A stretch of DNA of 62,972 bases, the filler included, from Trichosphaerium sp. ATCC 40318 (lineage: Eukaryota; Protista; Tubulinea), in assembly GCA_038496445.1 (NCBI GenBank). It is 5 parts of 5 records of this genome, joined end to end, with 100 filler letters (N's around TTAATTAATTAA, not from the genome) between each part and the next. Parts side by side here need not be neighbours in the genome. Positions count along the whole stretch, not along the records: positions 1 to 18,844 come from JALMLS010000470.1; 4 more parts are not named here. One strand, written 5' to 3'. Below are positions 1 through 11,054 of this stretch, piece by piece; the first letter of the stretch is position 1, and every line of letters starts with the position of its first letter. The notes beneath the pieces were generated by a model that was given only the letters and a program-made list of their open reading frames with translations, was not told the DNA's origin and did not search any database. The position numbers and the translations under genes were made by a program.

Positions 1-1854
1 AAGCCACTATCGTCCCAAGTGATGGACGATCTACTAATGTGGTACCCTTCAATAAATTTGTTTTTGTGAGATCGGAGCGAGCTGTTCCGACCTCAAGAAA
101 GTGTCAAACGCCAGTAAGGCGGCTGCATAAAAGATTAAATCTTTGGGTGAATCTAGGTTCAAATGTTCTTTCATCTGAACCAGATGTTCTGGGGTAATGG
201 GATCTTTTCTCGTGACATGGGTGCCACGAGATTTACTAATCCCATTCATAAGTAAGTTAAAGCGAAACCACTTCTCAGTGGATGGCCTGGGGAAGCCATA
301 CCACTGGGCGTAAAAACGAATCGCTATGAGGTATTTTTGTATGGTTCTTGTTTTTAGGTTAAAACCTATGACCATGACAGTGACTACGTCACATAAAATT
401 GGTTGAGACACAGGAGCGGATCTATGTCAAGAATGATGCAAGCTTTTAAATAGAATCTCCATCCTGAGCGGTACGATGACCAGGTGCCTTCAGCGAGAGC
501 CTCATGAATGAGTTCTCGACGGCGATCTTTAATCAACGATTTTTCCATTGACAACTGTCTAAAGGAATATTGTTGAGATCGCAGTAGAGTTGGCACCCTT
601 TTAAATCGTTTCTGTAGAGGAGATCTGTGATTGTATTATCCTTAGAGGAAATATGATCAAACACAATCCTAAAATTCAAAGTCGCTTGCATCAAGTGAAT
701 TTCACGGATCATAGGCATAGCATGAGCTACTTAGTCGTTAATCGGTTTAGTGCAGCTTCGGCATTGGTGTTGTCAGTGAACGCGTGTTCCACTGTAGACG
801 ACAGAAGAAGCCCAATTTAGTTTACCAACCAGAGATTGCAGCTCTGATTTCATCGCAGAGGATTTCTTAGTGAACTTATCTAATAAAATATGTAGTTCTT
901 TGAGACGGTCTTTATCTAAACGTGCCTGTTTTACCGAGTCAAGAATGACTCCAAGATATTTAACCGTCTGAGAAGGTGCAGTAACTTTAGAATCCTTGAT
1001 TGTAAAACCAAGTTTTCTGAGTACTTCGATGAGTTTGTCACGGACAAAAAGACATTGTTCTTCGGTATTAGCCAAGATCAACCAGTCATCCATGTAGACA
1101 CAAACATAAAACCAAAAGTTATTTTGAAAGGCTTCTTTTATACATCTTGTAATAAAACAAAATACGTACGGCGCTATATTTAAGCCAAATGGCATCCTAG
1201 TGTCAACATAAAAGGATCCATTCCAAAAGAAACACAGGTACTGCCACGAGTTAAGACTCATCGGTATCGCCCTGTAAGCTTCGCTTATATCCACCACAGC
1301 CATAAAACAACCAAGGTTAAGAAGAAAAATGAGTTGAATGGCTTCACGAATGCCATCCAACGAGAATTTAGGAGGAGAGTTAAGGTCGTTCACAGAACGA
1401 CCTTTGGGTGCACTGAGGTCGACGATGCGTCTAGCTTTGCCGTCGGCCTTCTCAATAGCACCAAGAGCATTGACCCATAGCGGTTCAACCTCAGAAACAA
1501 AAATGCGACCTGTTTGTCACTCATTAAAAATATCTTTATCTAAAATTTCAAAGTTTTCAAAACAAGATTTGTAATTTTCTACTTTAACACTTGACGTAAT
1601 CTCAGAAGAAATATCAACACCAAAAGTTAACCATGCTACAACTTGTTCTCGGCCAGAGACGCCGAACAAAAATTTATTCCAATAATCAATACAAAGGGTA
1701 AGCTTAGAAATAGCTACCTGGTTGTTGGTACCCTTGATAGTTATAAGGGGTACCAAACCTACGAACAGTCATTGGCTGTTGGCGTCCTTGCGGTCTTTGT
1801 GTAACCACTTTAGGTTTTTGGGCGCCGTTTCTGGAGTAGCCTTTTGTTCAAGGA
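1..1854 (-). repeat. Inverted near-identical copy of 6848-8701 (partial gag end, RT/RNase H and YR of the retroelement) at the contig start
   Basis: Position 1 pairs with 8701. ORFs 773..1393(-) and 7308..7928(+) are identical. Differences seen are single-base indels. Confidence 0.95.
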
Positions 1855-1989
1855 TAGATTTGTGATACCAACAGCTTGCAATCGCTTGTACTTAAGAAGT
1901 AGGTTAAAGAGTCTTTCAGCGTGCGAAATGAGCACTTGTTGCTAAATCAATCTGGTTGTAAGTTTGAGAGATTACTATTGGCTGTATAC

Positions 1990-3480
1990 ATATAAGCACT
2001 GGATGTCGCGTTGGTGAGCATATTTAGTTCCATCATCGCCACATGATAAACCTGGTGTTGAAAATAGAGTTGGCAAGACAGATTGCTATCCAACAAAATA
2101 ATAAAAACAGTTGAAGTACACATTTATGTTCAGAACATTTTTTAATAAACTCAGAAAGTACAATCAACATCTCGCGTCTTGTTTGAAGTTCATTTAACAC
2201 TCTGCTACAGGCAGAAACCTTCAAAATCTGATAATCTATTTAAATAAGCATTCGCTGTTACTTGATAAAATCTCTGTGCTAGAGTTTCCGGCGAATAGAA
2301 TTGCCAATATGTAATGGGATATTCTGTTTGTTTCACTATTTTGATATCCTGACAAAATAACTTGACAAGGAATTCTGCAATAGCATCAATTGTAGCTACA
2401 CAAAAAAAGTCAGAAAAAACAACGAATACGACAAAAAAGCAAAGAGACTACCTTCAGGGCAGTCTGGAAACACCTTACAGAAATCGGTTGGTATAACACT
2501 TTCATCTCTGTACATAGCCAAATTGATAGCAAGAAAATTGCCTGTTTTGCAAAGGGAACGTGACCACAACGAGAAGTTATGTATTGATCTGTGAAGTTTT
2601 GTGCCAAATATTTGATCAGGTACATTGTAGTCAGCAAGTACAATATTGTAGACAACAAAGTATTCGAATCTATCATAGTCACAAGCTTGCTTAAATAGCT
2701 TGTGAGACATTGAAGGATACATTGTCAATCTATGATAACGTTAAATGACACTATTGGGAGTAATTGGTGTTTCACATACTTTAATGTCCATTGGTTGTAG
2801 TAACAAATGTATTCAGAAGGTAAATCAGTATGTAGAAGTGTACACGGCATATTAATGATGTCATCGGCAGTCACGACATACTGTTCATCAAGTATTCTTG
2901 GAGCAGCCTCTTCAAAACTATTACAAATGTAAGTACCTTCCATTGGAAACAAAAATGTACTAAGATTGTTGAGTCTCGTCTGTGGCGTCATTTATAGCTT
3001 CACTTGTATTAACACCTTCACTTACCAATTTCAAAGCAACTTTGGTCTTGATTGCATCAACACAAGCGCTCTAGTAGGTTGCTAAGTGTAGATCCAAAAA
3101 ACCAGAAAAAGTAAATGTTGTATTGTTCTTGTACTGATGGTTTATCTTTTGATACTTTCACTGCAACTGAGAATGCATATTTTTGGATACACTCCTTGAA
3201 TGGAGAAAAGTCTGGTGACACTGCGAACTGTGCAAAACCTATCATATTTTTGAGAAAGAAAATGACTTTTGAATTGATTTTGTTTCTCACCTCCAAGACA
3301 CATGTGTATATTATCACCAAGAAAAAATACTTGTGACATGTTTCGATCCGCTTGTCGTTCTTTCCGCATAATACTACGGATTTCTTTGTCACTTGACTTT
3401 TGTTGTTTACTTCTCTTCTTAAAACGGTTCGTATGTCTTATCTTTGTGATAGTTCTTGGCACCGTGTATGGGTTTAAACC
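1990..3480 (-). pseudogene. Degraded coding-like region of unknown product
   Basis: ORFs 2725..2991 and 2410..2682 are in frame across one TGA (2725-2727), with intron-like segments nearby. No recognisable domain. Confidence 0.25.
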
Positions 3481-4432
3481 TACATTGTAATACTTTTTAA
3501 GAAAGCTATGTGTCTTGGCCCTTGTCTATTAAAGTGGGTAAGTAATACACAAGGTAGTACACAACAATAAAATGCAAACATACCCTACTGACTTGGAATA
3601 GCTCTTTGAATTCATGCTGACAATACAACGCATACGGTTTCGCAGTTTGAGCAATTGATAAAATAGACATCCCATCAAGAAAGCTTATCACGTGCCACAC
3701 AATCTCAGTTGGAAGTTCTAAAAATCAATATCACTTCGTTTGTAGTTTTCGAGTTAGTACCTGTAAAATCAGTAAACGTGGAGGAGTTGCCAGACTCGGA
3801 GTCAACCGTGATTGTTGTGGATTTGTTTTTCTTGTATCGAGTTGATATGAACGGCTCGTTGTTAGATACGATGTATTGGTGAATGCTAATGTACAAGTTA
3901 CCGAAACGTTAAAAGCGTCAAATAAGCACAAAATCGAAACAATTCAAGCGTAAAATAGCGTTTCATGTATGAATTGTACATAAAGGATCAAAATAGCGCT
4001 TTTGTTCTAAAAAACGCTACTTGTACCCTTTGCAAGCTTCCAGTAATGACTTAGACGCCGAATGAGATTGTTTTAGAGCTTGTGACGCAAGAACATCTTG
4101 AAGGATTTGTTTTTTCTAGATTACGGCTTAGATTAGCGTCTTTGAGTCAACATTAACCTTTCTTAAAGTGATAACATCAAGACCTTCCATTGCGCTTGCA
4201 AAATACAGTGACAACTATTTTATTGTTGCAGTTTTCTTCACTTTTCTTCGTGTCTTATTCTTTTTCTTCTGGAAAATCACGTGCAAGTGACAGACCAGTC
4301 GCAAAGGAAAGTAGACATTTTCTTTGTGTTCGAAATATACGTCAGTCAAAAGGAAAGAAATTACGACGTACATTAGCTCCTTACGGTAGTAAAAAAAAAA
4401 GTTATGTAGTAAAAGTATTTCGTCATTTATTT

Positions 4433-5137
4433 TTACTGATGTGATCTTTTGTGTACAAAGACATTGAATAGCAAGCTAGCTGCCTTGCGCCTACAAGTGG
4501 TGAATTTCGGCGTTTTATGAGGTGTCATACTGTCGATAATGGCATGTAAAGATGTTAAGGTCAGTTTCATAAGACCTCGTGTCATGTGACATTTCTCATT
4601 TTGCACCTGACCCTTTTCAACATTACACCATGGCAGCTGGTTGGCCTTATCCACAGAGCAAAATTTGGCCTTATAAAAGGAATGCAAAACGGCTTTGTCA
4701 GTTCTGGGACGGCCTACAAATAAATCAAGCTCTTTTTCTGCATTTTCAAGTAGATCTGGATTTGTGGCTCGAAGAATGCGATTGATCAAAACAGGCTTGT
4801 TGCCATCTGATTTAAGTAGTAGCTTCTTGCATATAGACTGAAGCTCTGTTTTGTGTTTGGATTTTAGAGTTTCCTCTGTCCATCTCAATATATTGTGTTG
4901 TTTTTTTGCTTGTTGCTTGCTGCAGTTGTAACAAGACCATGAATCACCCTTAACATTTCCCTTGTGCTCCTCAGAATACCAGTTAAGACATTTAGAGCGA
5001 TACCAAAGTTCACAATCATCACACAAAATCATTTCAGGTCCATCAATTTCTTTGTTTTCAAATTTACATTCATCTATGCAATGATATTCAACAGCATCAG
5101 GGAGGGGTTTGAGAAGGATTTTTTCTTTCTCCTGCAA
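4433..5137 (-). pseudogene. Transposase C-terminal fragment: PHD finger + SAP-like motif + piggyBac-like DDE C-terminus
   Basis: PHD: CIDEC..MILCDDCELWYRSKC..WSCYNC (His replaced by Arg). SAP-like: LKSKHKTELQSICKKLLLKSDGNKPVLINRIL. LHSFYKAKFCSVDKANQL resembles piggyBac YN..M.GVD..DQ. Confidence 0.55.
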
Positions 5138-5627
5138 TACTTTAACATCTTTTAAAGAGGGTCCACTCTGATTCTAGTTCATACAGCCACAGAATTCCAA
5201 AATATTTCATAATCTCAGAAACAGCTATTGACGTCTTCCAAAATGAATTTAACTTGACACCTTTTTTTGTTCAGGCAGTGTATATAATACCTCGTTGAGC
5301 TTCAGAGCATGCTGCAAGATATTCCCAGACTCTTATCAGAACCAGCTTTGAATAAATAGATTTAACTGAGTAATTACTAATATTCCCTCTGTCAAACAAC
5401 GCAAAATTAGGTTCTGATACTTGAACTTGCTTTGACTCTTTGATGTAGTGGAATTGAGGCAACTTCATAAAGAAGGGTACAATTCCCTGTGCGGATGAAG
5501 TCAATAAACTTCTGCACTGGTGAAAAGCTGGTGGAACGGAATGTAAGAGACTTTGTACTTTTCTCTCACTTCCCAAACGTCACAACAGAGCGTCAACATA
5601 ATAAACCAGCTACTGCGATCTCTAAAA

Positions 5628-6932
5628 ATGTCTCAGACTCAACCAAGTACGCTAGAAGAACAATTTGGAAAAGCTTTAAATAGGGCCGACGCTTTTACGA
5701 TGTTGGATCATGCGACGAAACTTTTAAAGACGTCGACTCAACATTCAAAAGTTGTCGATATTATTCGGGGCGCTTTGCAACTCGACATTTCGAAGCAATT
5801 TTTCACAAATTGGTGCAAATCGCCTATTTTAATAAGAGCTAAATATATCTCTTTTATCGGGTATTGTTTAAGAAATAACAAAGTTATCCCAGCCCTCTTT
5901 TTCACTGCAAACAGCAGATTAGCTGCTGTGTCTAGTGATATTTCTGCTTTTCTCCTTAAAAATTCTTCTGGTCTAATGCCGAAAAAATTTACAGGTGATA
6001 AAGTTGTTTCTACTCCTCAATCGACTGCTCCTATTAACCAGGTTCCGGCTTCGTCCTCTAGTAGTGACATCGCCGATCTCAAAAATAGGATTTCGGCTTT
6101 AGCTGATGCCATGGGCTCTATCCAAGCAACCATGTTAGCACAAGCTGCCCCGAAACCTAGAGTTGAACAACCTAAAAATACGTTGCTGGTTCAAAGTACG
6201 TCGAACCTTAATTGGTTTGATGTTAATGCGTCCTCAGTAGACGCTCTCGAACAAGACGTAGATGTTAGATTTTCGGGTCGTGCTCCCGCCCCGAAAAGGT
6301 ACAATTCTATTTTACCTAATCAGTCAGCGTTTAACGGAGTTAATAGAAAAGCTCCACCTTCGGATGAATTCGAAGACGTTAAAAGACAAAAAATGTACGA
6401 TCGCTGTCCAGTTGTTTTTCTTGGCGAATTAAAAACTGCCAACACTTTTCTTTTATCTGAAAACCAACATAGAAAACTTTGTTCTTCTACGGATTATAAT
6501 CTTACAGAATTTGCGGTTTTAAATATGAAATTAATTGTAAAATTTTTGGGTTTGGTTTCTTCTGGGCAACTTTCTGTCGATAGTGTTATGGACTACGTCC
6601 ATTATATCGAACAGATTTTCTCATTTGCTGCCTTAGATCTTCGTTGGAGCGGTCCCAGATCGCTGAGATCCCTAGACTTGACAATGCGATCAAATTTATT
6701 AACAAGCGACTCGCCGTGGTCCGTAATCCCTGGCTTTTTAACGGCCATTCACGCCGTTCCTCGAACTAACAAGTACGGTAGCTTGAAGAACAGGACGGAA
6801 AACGCCTTCGAAAACTCGAAGGACAAATTCAATCCGTTTCTACCTTCCTTGAACCAAAAGGCTACTCCAGAAACGGCGCCCAAAAACCTAAAGTGGTTAC
6901 ACAAAGACCGCAAGGACGCCAACAGCCAATGA
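5628..6932 (+). CDS. gag-like ORF1 of the YR retrotransposon
   Basis: Long intronless ORF (ATG 5628) directly upstream of RT, with a coiled-coil-like segment. Assigned by position. Confidence 0.7.
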   Translation: MSQTQPSTLEEQFGKALNRADAFTMLDHATKLLKTSTQHSKVVDIIRGALQLDISKQFFTNWCKSPILIRAKYISFIGYCLRNNKVIPALFFTANSRLAAVSSDISAFLLKNSSGLMPKKFTGDKVVSTPQSTAPINQVPASSSSSDIADLKNRISALADAMGSIQATMLAQAAPKPRVEQPKNTLLVQSTSNLNWFDVNASSVDALEQDVDVRFSGRAPAPKRYNSILPNQSAFNGVNRKAPPSDEFEDVKRQKMYDRCPVVFLGELKTANTFLLSENQHRKLCSSTDYNLTEFAVLNMKLIVKFLGLVSSGQLSVDSVMDYVHYIEQIFSFAALDLRWSGPRSLRSLDLTMRSNLLTSDSPWSVIPGFLTAIHAVPRTNKYGSLKNRTENAFENSKDKFNPFLPSLNQKATPETAPKNLKWLHKDRKDANSQ

Positions 6933-8169
6933 CTGTTCGTAGGTTTGGTACCCCTTATAACTATCAAGGGTACCAACAACCAGGTAGCTATTTCTAAGCT
7001 TACCCTTTGTATTGATTATTGGAATAAATTTTTGTTCGGCGTCTCTGGCCGAGAACAAGTTGTAGCATGGTTAACTTTTGGTGTTGATATTTCTTCTGAG
7101 ATTACGTCAAGTGTTAAAGTAGAAAATTACAAATCTTGTTTTGAAAACTTTGAAATTTTAGATAAAGATATTTTTAATGAGTGACAAACAGGTCGCATTT
7201 TTGTTTCTGAGGTTGAACCGCTATGGGTCAATGCTCTTGGTGCTATTGAGAAGGCCGACGGCAAAGCTAGACGCATCGTCGACCTCAGTGCACCCAAAGG
7301 TCGTTCTGTGAACGACCTTAACTCTCCTCCTAAATTCTCGTTGGATGGCATTCGTGAAGCCATTCAACTCATTTTTCTTCTTAACCTTGGTTGTTTTATG
7401 GCTGTGGTGGATATAAGCGAAGCTTACAGGGCGATACCGATGAGTCTTAACTCGTGGCAGTACCTGTGTTTCTTTTGGAATGGATCCTTTTATGTTGACA
7501 CTAGGATGCCATTTGGCTTAAATATAGCGCCGTACGTATTTTGTTTTATTACAAGATGTATAAAAGAAGCCTTTCAAAATAACTTTTGGTTTTATGTTTG
7601 TGTCTACATGGATGACTGGTTGATCTTGGCTAATACCGAAGAACAATGTCTTTTTGTCCGTGACAAACTCATCGAAGTACTCAGAAAACTTGGTTTTACA
7701 ATCAAGGATTCTAAAGTTACTGCACCTTCTCAGACGGTTAAATATCTTGGAGTCATTCTTGACTCGGTAAAACAGGCACGTTTAGATAAAGACCGTCTCA
7801 AAGAACTACATATTTTATTAGATAAGTTCACTAAGAAATCCTCTGCGATGAAATCAGAGCTGCAATCTCTGGTTGGTAAACTAAATTGGGCTTCTTCTGT
7901 CGTCTACAGTGGAACACGCGTTCACTGACAACACCAATGCCGAAGCTGCACTAAACCGATTAACGACTAAGGTAGCTCATGCTATGCCTATGATCCGTGA
8001 AATTCACTTGATGCAAGCGACTTTGAATTTTAGGATTGTGTTTGATCATATTTCCTCTAAGGATAATACAATCACAGATCTCCTCTACAGAAACGATTTA
8101 AAAGGGTGCCAACTCTACTGCGATCTCAACAATATTCCTTTAGACAGTTGTCAATGGAAAAATCGTTGA
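6933..8169 (+). pseudogene. Reverse transcriptase / RNase H (pol), disrupted
   Basis: Motifs LGAIEKADGKARRIVDLS, VVDISEAYRAIP, MPFGLNIAP, YMDDWLI and YLGVILDS, plus RNase H tail TDNTNA..HISSKDNTITDLLYR. In-frame TGA at 7182-7184; frame break and deletion near 7920. Confidence 0.9.
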
Positions 8170-9143
8170 TTAAAGATCGCCGTCGAGAACTCATTCATGA
8201 GGCTCTCGCTGAAGGCACCTGGTCATCGTACCGCTCAGGATGGAGATTCTATTTAAAAGCTTGCATCATTCTTGACATAGATCCGCTTCCTGTGTCTCAA
8301 CCAAATTTATGTGACGTAGTCACTGTCATGGTCATAGGTTTTAACCTAAAAACAAGAACCATACAAAAATACCTCATAGCGATTCGTTTTTACGCCCAGT
8401 GGTATGGCTTCCCCAGGCCATCCACTGAGAAGTGGTTTCGCTTTAACTTACTTATGAATGGGATTAGTAAATCTCGTGGCACCCATGTCACGAGAAAAGA
8501 TCCCATTACCCCAGAACATCTGGTTCAGATGAAAGAACATTTGAACCTAGATTCACCCAAAGATTTAATCTTTTATGCAGCCGCCTTACTGGCGTTTGAC
8601 ACTTTCTTGAGGTCGGAACAGCTCGCTCCGATCTCACAAAACAAATTTATTGAAGGGTACCACATTAGTAGATCGTCCATCACTTGGGACGATAGTGGCT
8701 TTACCTTAAAATTTACAAAAACTAAAACTATCCGTGATAGATCACGGGTATTGTCCATAGAAGTGGTTGACTCCACTTCTCCGATCTGTCCAGTGCCATA
8801 TCTCAAATTGCTGCTGGACAAACATTCACCTAAGCAAGGTTCCATCTTTGCTTACACACTCCACGGCTCCTCGTGGTGCTTGACCTATAAACGTTTCGTT
8901 AGTTTTACGAAAAAGATTATGGGCCAAGTGGGCGCCCAAGGCAACAACTTCGCCGGTCATTCGTACCGTCGGGGTGGTGCCACATGGGCGTTCAAGTGTG
9001 GTATGAAACTTCCAGTCATCAAAGACTTGGGTGACTGGAAGTCTGATGCTGTACTCATGTATATTATCGTTGACGCAGATCAGCGTAAGCGCGTCAAACA
9101 ACGCCTAGCGGCAATGACGCGCTCTAGATTGTTGGGCCAGTGA
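8154..9143 (+). CDS. Tyrosine recombinase (integrase), apparently intact
   Basis: Catalytic set R (TFLRSEQ), K (KTKT), HxxR (GHSYRRGGAT) and W/Y (LGDWKSDAVLMY). Confidence 0.92.
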   Translation: MEKSLIKDRRRELIHEALAEGTWSSYRSGWRFYLKACIILDIDPLPVSQPNLCDVVTVMVIGFNLKTRTIQKYLIAIRFYAQWYGFPRPSTEKWFRFNLLMNGISKSRGTHVTRKDPITPEHLVQMKEHLNLDSPKDLIFYAAALLAFDTFLRSEQLAPISQNKFIEGYHISRSSITWDDSGFTLKFTKTKTIRDRSRVLSIEVVDSTSPICPVPYLKLLLDKHSPKQGSIFAYTLHGSSWCLTYKRFVSFTKKIMGQVGAQGNNFAGHSYRRGGATWAFKCGMKLPVIKDLGDWKSDAVLMYIIVDADQRKRVKQRLAAMTRSRLLGQ

Positions 9144-9723
9144 TCAGCACGAGAATGTACTCTTCGTTGTTGGCGGCTAAGGCTGTGCCTTCGCGTGTAC
9201 TATTTCTGCCAATCACTGTCTACAATCTATCTCTCTCTGTCCTCTCTCTGTAATGACTAACCTAGGTTTTCTCATTTAACACTTCCCAACCTTGTTTTTT
9301 TACTTTGAAAAGGCTCTCAGAGATTTGTACTAGATAGGCACGCTGTTTGGCAGCGTTTTCTTTGCTGTGGTTGTATTCTACGGGCTTTTTCTGCTCTTTT
9401 TACATTTTGCCTGTCTGCGTTATTTTGCACTTTGGCCTCCAGACCGCTGATGTCCATCACGTAAAAAGGTATGCAGGCACAAAAAGAAGACGTTTTACTA
9501 ATATTTACTACACATAAAAAAATTTTTACTACACGTAAGGAGATTAGGTCAAATTAAGTATTAAATCACGTGGACTTACCAATTACGCCACTCGTTATCT
9601 TTATCTAATAACGACCTAACACTTATACGCATTGGGCGACTTAGAAAGGGTTGCAGCACACGGTATCACTTAATACTTCCAAAAAAAAGTTAACGGTAGC
9701 TTTCCCACGTTTCAAATAGCATA

Positions 9724-10653
9724 ATGGACCGTCAAACAAAGGCAATATCCACGTATCACCAAGCATACAGCAAACCAAGTAATATTGAGCTTTTGGAGAT
9801 GCCCACAGAGATACTTACCCACTTACTACAGTTCTTGAAGAGACGTGATCGATTTAAAACATCCCAGAGCTGTATGCGATTATCTAGCATCATACGACAT
9901 AACATTGGATACCATTCTATCCAAATCAAATCAAGTGAATGTTGTAGACTACTTTCTGGAAGCCCACTTCTAAAAAACACAAGACTATGTTTCAATTCAT
10001 TCCCTCGTGCAAAAGACGAAGATATATCTATTCTTAATGGTGTTAAATCTTTATTCCTTTGTATCAACAGATACATTACAGATGAAGCCATAAAGAACCT
10101 TTGTGGTGTTGAACGCTTAATGTTATATAAGTGTCCAGGTATCACAGACATAGGTTTAATATCAATTGCGAAGGACCTCAAGTGGATTCATCTCAACTCT
10201 TCTGAAATAACAAATATTGGACTTAAAGCTCTTTCTGGAGTACCACAGATTTCTGTGTCAGGGTGTAAGGTTATAAATGATGATGTATTGTCAGTACTAT
10301 CTGGTGTGCATACAATTAATTTGAGTAGGTGTAACCGCATCACAGATGAGGGGATCTCTTCATTAGCTGGTGTACACACAATAAATTTGAACGAAACACC
10401 AGTAACAGATAAAGGTGTTTCAGCTCTGGCTGGTGTTCATTCAATTACTCTTCGATGCTGTGAGCATTTAACTGGATCATGTATGGAAAGCCTAGCTAAT
10501 GCACACTTGATTGATCTATCACATACAAAAGCAACAGATGATTGGCTTACTCCACTATCAGGTGTTAAGGTGTTAATACTGTCAGGTTGCAAAAATGTTT
10601 CAGAAAAATGTGTGGCCGAGCTCAAAAACAAGGGCGTGAGCGTTAGAAAGTAA
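9724..10653 (+). CDS. F-box / leucine-rich repeat protein, intronless
   Basis: F-box LLEMPTEILTHLLQFL..SQSCMRL; repeats of the form GVHTINLSRCNRITDEGISSLA. Confidence 0.85.
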   Translation: MDRQTKAISTYHQAYSKPSNIELLEMPTEILTHLLQFLKRRDRFKTSQSCMRLSSIIRHNIGYHSIQIKSSECCRLLSGSPLLKNTRLCFNSFPRAKDEDISILNGVKSLFLCINRYITDEAIKNLCGVERLMLYKCPGITDIGLISIAKDLKWIHLNSSEITNIGLKALSGVPQISVSGCKVINDDVLSVLSGVHTINLSRCNRITDEGISSLAGVHTINLNETPVTDKGVSALAGVHSITLRCCEHLTGSCMESLANAHLIDLSHTKATDDWLTPLSGVKVLILSGCKNVSEKCVAELKNKGVSVRK

Positions 10654-11054
10654 TAACCAAATGCTCTCTGTCGTTAAGTTACCAATGTACTAAAGCAATG
10701 AGGTAACTTCCATACTTGAGAGTTTGACAATCTGAACTTCATCAGCTGTTTTTACCAACACTGACGAGTAAGGAACCCCTTTGATATCATTTGGAAGCCT
10801 ACCTCTGTCCAAAAATAAATAGCCATTTACGATATGAAATAACTTCTGGTTAATAGAAAACCAAGCAGTATGGTTAAGAAGTTATTTTCTTTGGTTTATT
10901 GGGTTTGTCTCCAAGGCTGGTTGCCAACTCAGAGCTCCAAACACTCTTTAATTGGAATTACAAGCACTCACAAAGTACATCTCTGTTTGCTCAAAGCAAT
11001 GTAATCCGTGTTTGTTTGGTTTTTTTAGTGTTAGATTTTTTTTTGATGTTTGAA

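Larger units (their letters stand above)
5577..9289 (+). mobile_element. Tyrosine-recombinase retrotransposon (DIRS order, PAT/Ngaro-like layout, no methyltransferase domain)
   Basis: gag-RT/RNase H-YR order, bounded by the direct repeat CACTTCCCAA at 5567-5576 and 9280-9289. Confidence 0.9.
4377..9542 (-). mobile_element. piggyBac-like DNA transposon remnant, interrupted by a YR retrotransposon
   Basis: Imperfect terminal inverted repeats CTCCTTACG(T)GTAGTAAAAA..TATG..TAGTAAA at ~4377-4418 and ~9500-9542. Transposase-like frame runs 9457-9290, rejoins in frame at 5576 and continues to ~5150. A C-terminal ORF is at 4433..5137. Confidence 0.6.

Noticed and set aside
7185-7928. Diversity-generating retroelement or retron RT acting on the ankyrin array
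   Set aside because: The RT is DIRS-type within gag-RT-YR and on a different contig. Array variation is not adenine-specific and no template repeat is seen.
8154-9143. Prophage or integron integrase
   Set aside because: It overlaps an RT/RNase H frame in a eukaryotic contig; this is a retrotransposon YR.
2725-9330. TGA reassigned as a sense codon
   Set aside because: In-frame TGAs occur only in decayed or TE frames. Intact host genes I translated show none, and a direct CGA/TGA difference between TE copies indicates deamination.
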